DNA of 63,773 nt from Planctomycetota bacterium (GTDB taxonomy: Bacteria; Planctomycetota; Phycisphaerae; Phycisphaerales; SM1A02): assembly GCA_022566725.1 (NCBI GenBank), contig JADFIM010000001.1, positions 1 to 63,773 on the forward strand, read 5' to 3'. This document shows positions 58,184 to 63,773 of the stretch, piece by piece. The notes under the pieces were generated by a model. It had not been told where the DNA came from and ran no database searches. It saw only the letters and a list, made by a program, of their open reading frames with translations. Each line of letters starts with the position of its first letter. The first letter of the stretch is position 1. Made by a program: the position numbers and the translations under genes.

Positions 58184-59357
58184 GGGTTCGCGGCCCCCGG
58201 CGACCGCCGTGCCATCCGCGCACGACCTCCGCCGCGGCTTCCGCCAGCAGCGTCGCCGGCTCAGCCAACGAGCGCTGCCGCCCGTACCGATCACTCAGGC
58301 TGACGATGCCGGCCAGCCATCCTCCCGTCGCCGTATCAACACACGCGTCAGCCCCCGGGCCGGTCTGGCCGACGATGGCGATGGTAGGCACCGACAGATC
58401 CCAGGCCGCCTTGGCCACGCCGATGGTCGCCTTGCCGTGAAGCGACTGGCTGTCCAGGCAGCCTTCGCCGGTGAGCACCAGGTCCGCCCGCTCACATCGA
58501 CGGGCAAACTCCACTGCGTCGAGCACCAGCTCGATGCCGGGCTCAAGCTGCGCCCCACATAATGCGACCAGTCCGAAACCGACACCGCCCGCGGCGCCGG
58601 CCCCGGGCATATTCGGATCGCCGCGGCACAACGAGGCCAGGTGGCTCAGGGCCGAGTCGAGCAGCCTGACCTGCTGAGGCGTCGCACCTTTCTGAGGTCC
58701 GTAGACCGCCGCTGCGCCTTTGGGCCCGCATAGCGGGTTGTTCACATCGCAGGCGACACGGATCCGAGGCAAGCCCAAAGGCGGCTCGTATCGGCTGACC
58801 TCATGAAGCGTGCCCCCGGTCAACGGCTGATCGAGGAGCATGCCCGATCGATCGAAGAACCGGCCGCCGAGGGCCTGGGCGATGCCCGCTCCGCCGTCCA
58901 CCGTCCCGCTTCCGCCGATACAGACCACGACGGTCTCACATCCACAGCTCGCGGCGGCGGCGATAAGTTCGCCGGTGCCGTAGGTTGTGGTACGAGTCGG
59001 ATCACGACGGTGCACCGGTATGAGGGCCAACCCGGAGGCCTCCGCGAGCTCGACGACAGCCGTCTTGCCCCCACCGGCAATGCCGAAGCGGCCCCGGACC
59101 GGCTCGCCAAGCGGCCCGGTGACGGTGGCATGGTGAATCGTCCCCTTCATCGCGCCGATCAGGATGTCGAGGCTGCCTTCGCCGCCATCGGCAAGGGGGC
59201 ACTGGTCGCAAACGATGGCGGGGTCCGCCTTGGCCACGCCGATGGCCATCGCCGCGGCCACTTCCTGAGCCGAGAGCGATTCTTTGAAGCTGTCCGGCGC
59301 ACAGAGCACTCTGCGCGGGCGGCTCCCGATCAATCTTGTACCTGATCCGTTGACCAC
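58176..59357 (-). CDS. glycerate kinase
   Basis: APDSFKESLSA N-terminal motif and glycerate kinase length/architecture. Confidence 0.85.
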   Translation of the reverse strand: MVNGSGTRLIGSRPRRVLCAPDSFKESLSAQEVAAAMAIGVAKADPAIVCDQCPLADGGEGSLDILIGAMKGTIHHATVTGPLGEPVRGRFGIAGGGKTAVVELAEASGLALIPVHRRDPTRTTTYGTGELIAAAASCGCETVVVCIGGSGTVDGGAGIAQALGGRFFDRSGMLLDQPLTGGTLHEVSRYEPPLGLPRIRVACDVNNPLCGPKGAAAVYGPQKGATPQQVRLLDSALSHLASLCRGDPNMPGAGAAGGVGFGLVALCGAQLEPGIELVLDAVEFARRCERADLVLTGEGCLDSQSLHGKATIGVAKAAWDLSVPTIAIVGQTGPGADACVDTATGGWLAGIVSLSDRYGRQRSLAEPATLLAEAAAEVVRGWHGGRRGPRTPI

Positions 59358-59450
59358 GGCGGCTCTCGGCTAACAGGCCCTCCCCCGGCTTGGGCCAACA
59401 CGGCGAGTGGCGTCAGAATACACTTACCCAAGCAGCGCCCCGGCGGTCAC

Positions 59451-60128
59451 ATGGAAGAGATCTACAGCAATCTTTTGGCGGCCTACGGCCCGTTCGCCGT
59501 TTTCGTGCTGCTGATGCTCACCGGCGTTGGAGTTCCGCTGGGCGAAGACCTCATCGTCATCCCAGCGGGGATGCTCATCGGCCATGGCACGCTTAACCTT
59601 CCACTGACGGCGGCGTCCGCTTACCTGGGGGTGGTGGGCGCGGACTTCCTGTGGTTTGCCATTTGCAGGACCTATGGCACGCCGCTTCTGCACAAGCGGT
59701 GGTTCAAACGCGCGGTCCATCCCCGCCGTCTGCTCGAGGCCAAACACGAGATCGAGCAGCGCGGGGCGTGGGTGGTGGTGATGGCCAGGTTCATTCCCGG
59801 CAGCCGAACCCCAGCCATCACCGCCGCCGGAATCCTCCACCTTCCGTTCTGGAAGTTCGCGCTGGCCGAGTGCAGTTGCTGCCTGTTGACCGTGCCCTTG
59901 CAGCTCGGGCTCGGATTCGGCATCGCGCGGGGGGTGGGAACCGAGAAGACCGCAGACCTCACGGCAGCACTGATCGGCGTGGTCGTGCTGATCCTCGCCC
60001 TGCTTCTGGGATTGGCGTGGTGGCGCCAGCGCCGCGCGAGGCGCCGACGGTCGCCGAGGGCCAAGGTCGCCTGGCTTCGCCGATTCCGCCTCCGGCGTCC
60101 GCAACATCGCACAACGAAAGACGGGTGA
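59451..60128 (+). CDS. DedA/VTT-domain membrane protein
   Basis: GVGVPLGEDLIVIPAGML and RFIPGSRTP motifs. Confidence 0.8.
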   Translation: MEEIYSNLLAAYGPFAVFVLLMLTGVGVPLGEDLIVIPAGMLIGHGTLNLPLTAASAYLGVVGADFLWFAICRTYGTPLLHKRWFKRAVHPRRLLEAKHEIEQRGAWVVVMARFIPGSRTPAITAAGILHLPFWKFALAECSCCLLTVPLQLGLGFGIARGVGTEKTADLTAALIGVVVLILALLLGLAWWRQRRARRRRSPRAKVAWLRRFRLRRPQHRTTKDG

Positions 60129-60162
60129 GCTGCCAAGCCCCCCGCTCACTGGCTTCTGGGCG

Positions 60163-60624
60163 CTATTCGTACTCTCGCAGGAAGCCGATGAACTCTCGGC
60201 GGTGCTCCTGCTCCTCGCCCATCAGTCCGGTCGCCAAGTCTTGCGTGACGTAGTCAACGCCGTCACACGCCTTGATGATCTTATCGTAGATGGCAATGAC
60301 CGCTTCTTCGGCCGCGATGACTCCCTTGATGACCGTCACCACGTCGGTCGAATCAGGCCCCGGCTGCTGCGCATCCTGCGTCCACTTGAGACTCTGTGAG
60401 CCGGGCACGGTCCCCTCCAGCGTACGGATCCGTGCAGCCAGCTTCTGGGCGTGACCGATCTCTTCGGTGACGTCGCCCTCCAGCGACTCCCTGATCTCCT
60501 GGGCCCGCACGCCATCAAGGTTGGCCGCGTTGGCGAGGAAGTTCATCACCGTCTCCAGCTCGGCGTTGTACGCTTCGATCAACAGCTCAATGATGCGGTC
60601 GTTCTTGGGATTCGCAGCCGGCAT
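60163..60624 (-). CDS. ferritin-like domain protein
   Basis: Four-helix-bundle E/H pattern (NAELETV...EEIGHAQKL...AEEAV...EEQEHRRE). Start at ATG 60624 after GGAAGGA. Confidence 0.7.
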   Translation of the reverse strand: MPAANPKNDRIIELLIEAYNAELETVMNFLANAANLDGVRAQEIRESLEGDVTEEIGHAQKLAARIRTLEGTVPGSQSLKWTQDAQQPGPDSTDVVTVIKGVIAAEEAVIAIYDKIIKACDGVDYVTQDLATGLMGEEQEHRREFIGFLREYE

Positions 60625-60732
60625 AACAGGTTCCTTCCTGGTTGAAATAATCCAACGGTCGGGATTGTAGCCAACAGGTCCCAGCGCCGTCGGCCGTATA
60701 CTCCGCAACGGTTCGGCCGCGACCACCCAACG

Positions 60733-61884
60733 ATGCGGAGGAGCTTCATGCGAGCCCTGGTGACCGGGCAGATCGGGATGAACAAGAAGCCGTACCTCGA
60801 CGCCGTGGCCGATCTGGCCGGGCGGCGTGGCGGCCGGATCGAGGTGTTTCATCTCGGCGACCTGATGTACGCCGAGGCCCCCGACATTCGCCCGGGGCGC
60901 ATTCTCGACCTGCCGCTCAGCCGGCTCACTGCGCTACGTCGGGCCGCGTTCAAGGACATCATTGCCAAGACCACACCGCCCCAAGACCACCCCGACATCA
61001 TCATCAACACCCACGCGACTTTCCGCTGGCGCCACGGACTGTTCGGCGGACTCGACTTCGACCAGGTGCGCATGTTGGCCCCCAACATGCTCATTTGCCT
61101 GGTGGACAATGTCGAGATGGTGCACCACCGGCTCCACGCCGAGCACGACATCGACGCCACGCTGAAGGATTGCATGGTCTGGCGCGAAGAAGAGATTCTG
61201 GCCACCGAGCTGCTCGCGCAGGCCGTCGGCTGTCAGAACCAGTTTTATGTTCTCAGCCGGGGCCGGCACCGCCCGACGACTGAGACCTGCCTCTGGCTGA
61301 TCACCCAGCCCGGCCTGCGCAAGGTCTATCCCAGCTTCCCCATGAGCCACGTCGTCGATATGCCGGCGGTGCTGGCGGAGATCGACCAGTTCCGCGCCCG
61401 CCTCGCCGAACACTTCATCACGTTCGATCCCGGTGATGTGGATGAGAAGTTATTGCTCGAGCGGGCCATCGAAGCGGCAAAGGACGGCCGGGATTGGGTC
61501 GAGGTGAAACCCAACAGCCTCGGCGGCCGGGCAACGACCGACCACTCGATCCGGGTCTCGGTGCGCGAAGTGCTGGACATCGCCGGCGACATTGACGGCC
61601 AGATCTATGCGCGCGACTTCAAGCTCATCGACCAATCAGACATGATCTGCTCCTACATCCCCGAACTGCCCGGGGGTATTCCGGGGGTCTCCAGCGGCGT
61701 GGAGCGCGAGCTTCAGCACGCCTTCGAGCACACCAAGGAAGTCTACGTCGTCTGGAAACCCACCAAGACGCCTTCGCCGTTCATCACCGAAACGGCGACG
61801 AAGATCTTTGGCAGCGTGGACGATGCGCTGGGGTATTTCGAGTCAAAAGGGATGCTTCCCCAGGGCGATCTGTTCGGGCGTTGA
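60733..61884 (+). CDS. conserved hypothetical two-domain protein
   Basis: Coding-like, with no antisense competitor. No confident family assignment from motifs alone. Confidence 0.55.
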   Translation: MRRSFMRALVTGQIGMNKKPYLDAVADLAGRRGGRIEVFHLGDLMYAEAPDIRPGRILDLPLSRLTALRRAAFKDIIAKTTPPQDHPDIIINTHATFRWRHGLFGGLDFDQVRMLAPNMLICLVDNVEMVHHRLHAEHDIDATLKDCMVWREEEILATELLAQAVGCQNQFYVLSRGRHRPTTETCLWLITQPGLRKVYPSFPMSHVVDMPAVLAEIDQFRARLAEHFITFDPGDVDEKLLLERAIEAAKDGRDWVEVKPNSLGGRATTDHSIRVSVREVLDIAGDIDGQIYARDFKLIDQSDMICSYIPELPGGIPGVSSGVERELQHAFEHTKEVYVVWKPTKTPSPFITETATKIFGSVDDALGYFESKGMLPQGDLFGR

Positions 61885-61983
61885 CTGTTTAGCCGTCACA
61901 CCAAGAGCAGCGCTCCTCTTCGAGTGAGCGGCGAAACAGCGCTGACCGAACGCTCCGCATAGGTTGACCGTACCATCACGGTC

Positions 61984-62487
61984 ATGCCGCGCTACAGGCT
62001 CACCGTCGCCTACGACGGAACCAACTTTCACGGCTGGCAGAAGCAGTGCGCCTCAGATGGGCCGGCGCAGGAGTCGCTGCGCACCGTGCAAGGCGTGCTT
62101 GAACAGGCCATCGTAGACGTGGTGCGCGAGCGGGTCAGCGTCCAGGGATCTTCGCGAACCGATGCGGGTGTCCACGCCGTAGGACAGGTCGCCGCCTTCA
62201 GCTGTCAGATGGAAATCGCGCCCGATCGCCTCGCCCCCGCCATCAACTCCCGCCTGCCTGACGACGCGCAGGTACGTAGTGCCAGCATCATTCACGAAGG
62301 CTTCAGCCCCATCAGCGACGCGATTTCGAAAGGTTACCGTTACCGCATCGCCCACGGTCGCAAGGGTCCGCCGCCAGCGGGCCTGCCGCCGCTGTTCAGC
62401 CGGCACACGACCTTCTGGACCCCCTACCGTCTCGATCCGCTTCGAATGAACGAAGCCGCGCGTCGTCTGGTCGGCGAGCACGATTTC
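61984..62487 (+). pseudogene. truA: tRNA pseudouridine(38-40) synthase TruA, 5' portion only (about 168 codons)
   Basis: MPRYRLTVAYDGTNFHGWQKQ, catalytic SSRTDAGVHA, and RYRI...LVGEHDF. The expected continuation (SF...MVR motifs) is absent in all frames. Not in the ORF track because the frame has no stop before the window end. Confidence 0.8.
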
Positions 62488-63773
62488 AATGCGACGGATG
62501 CCGAAGCAGGCTGGGCCGAGTTCTGCACGGCGAACTTCGAGAGCATAGGGGCACACGATTACGAAAATACCGTTCCATACTGGAACAGTGTTTCATCGAC
62601 CGGCATCCTCAGCCATGTCTGCATTGATCGCTATCATGGGGCGGCGGCTCACGAGAAGCTCTTCTTCGAAGAGTTCGTCCCAGAAGAGGTCAGTTTTAAC
62701 GTGGAGATTGCTGCTACACGGCTCACCAAAGAAGAAATCGCCCTGGTGTTGGCGATTCTGGAACAGGCGACATCGGACCCGACGCACCCCTGTCAATTCG
62801 GCGCCAACGGCGCCAATGGCTGGGGACGGATGGCGTGGGAACTCAATGAGGTAAAGCTACTTGAGGGTAGGCCCGTTCAGTTGTCTAGCGGTCAGGCCGG
62901 ATTTGACTGCTGCAGTCAAGTAGTCGAAATCGCTTCAGCATCGCTTGACGAGCTAATCGTTCCTGCTCACATTTTGGCAGACTTGAAGCTCGAGTGCTGT
63001 GGGCCGTTCCTGGTAAACGATACTTCGCACACGAAAGAAAAGGACGCAGAAGATTCAGACGCGCCCAATTTTATCCCGTTGTGCCGGGCAGCTGGCACTG
63101 TGTGGTTGGCCGCTTCGTCGTTCCGAGGCGCCTTGCGCGAGCGGGCCGAGTTTCTGCTCCGATCGCTGGATCCCCAGGCGACCGGCGATCCCAACAGGAG
63201 TCTGGGAGACGGCCCGATCGAGCGAATCTTCGGCAAGACCTCTCACGCGGCGCGACTCACGATTGCCGAACCGACGGAACTGGGCAGATGTGAAACTCCG
63301 AAACAGGACTTCGTCGCGATCGATCGTTTCACCGGCGGCGCGGCAGATGGGGCGAAATTCGCTGCCACTTACGCCGACCGCCCCCAGTTCCAGACGAAGC
63401 TGAGACTCGACTTGGACGGACTAGAACCGGAAGATACCGCTCTGCTGGGCTTGGCTCTGCGTGATGTCTGCCAGGGCAAGGTCCCCCTGGGTTGGGGCGG
63501 ATCCAAAGGCTACGGCGAAGTAAGCGGTAGCCTCACGAACTTGAGTTCTAAAGACGTTCCACAAGATTGGGAGGTTCCCGAATCCATGGCCACGGATACT
63601 CTGGATCATGCAGGGAAGAACTGGCTGTCTAACCGACTGAGGCTGCTCTTCGACGAGCAGAATGCACTTAATATTGACAGACTAGGGAACGACGTTTCCC
63701 AGGTGATGATCCAAGAAGGAACTCTGTCAGTTACTAAAACAAAGAAAGGCCTTGACTACAGCCTCTCCTACGT
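62488..63773 (+). CDS. multi-RAMP (tandem Cas7-like) protein fragment, type III CRISPR-Cas-like; 5' boundary undefined, 3' end outside window
   Basis: Same open frame as truA. Module 1: IDRYHG...KLFFEEFVPEEVSFNVEI (62623-) and G-rich loop FGANGANGWGR (62797-62829). Module 2: LKLECCGPFLV..., ASSFRGALR (63112-63138), IFGKTSHAARLTIAEP, AIDRFTGGAADGAKF (63316-63360) and G-rich loop LGWGGSKGYGEV (63487-63522). Hand-counted GC of 43-50% per 60 nt. Confidence 0.65.

Noticed and set aside
62053-62556. 167-aa minus-strand ORF
   Set aside because: It is antisense to the truA 5' half, whose catalytic motifs are unambiguous on the plus strand.
1-63773. Search by eye for a CRISPR array (regularly spaced 25-40-nt direct repeats) or other cas genes to go with the RAMP ORF
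   Set aside because: None seen in this window. The repeats found are REP-like hairpins and hepta/octamer tracts, not repeat-spacer arrays. An array may lie beyond 63773.

Overview
High-GC (hand counts about 63-65% per 60-nt line) bacterial chromosomal segment. Gene content suggests a Planctomycetota/PVC-like Gram-negative, but this is inference only. Calls come from motif recognition in the supplied translations and my own reading of the DNA; no searches were run. Most of the window is housekeeping: AddAB-like helicase-nuclease, a NuoG-like Fe-S protein, aldehyde dehydrogenase, panC, an Fe-S carrier, a fabF/KS-like pair, class II DAHP synthase, tRNA-Leu(UAG), a VWA-ExbB-ExbD-ExbD-TPR cluster, a sigma-70 factor and gcvT. 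It also holds a lipid A/outer-membrane cluster (lpxD, bamA, 2x skp, second lpxD, lpxC-fabZ fusion, lpxA), a 1421-aa PQQ-propeller/TPR protein and a type IV pilus/T2SS-like cluster. The last part carries queD, a phosphohexomutase, NUDIX, dapA, pdxJ, phoU, a UDP-sugar pyrophosphorylase, glycerate kinase, DedA and a ferritin-like protein. The most unusual signal is at the 3' edge and is absent from the ORF track because it has no stop in the window. A reading frame opens at 61984 as a clear truA 5' half, loses all TruA similarity after LVGEHDF (about 62487), and continues in frame into lower-GC DNA (43-50% in hand-counted lines). That lower-GC part encodes at least two tandem RAMP/Cas7-like domains, so it looks like a fused type III CRISPR-Cas-like effector. 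It runs off the window, and no CRISPR array or other cas gene is visible. Two small accessory cassettes are each bracketed by repeated hairpin elements: a PD-(D/E)XK nuclease plus orphan HicB, and a hicB-hicA pair with a frameshifted hicA. The genome carries several short repeat families sitting exactly at gene 3' ends, some of which supply the stop codon and even the last five residues of unrelated proteins.
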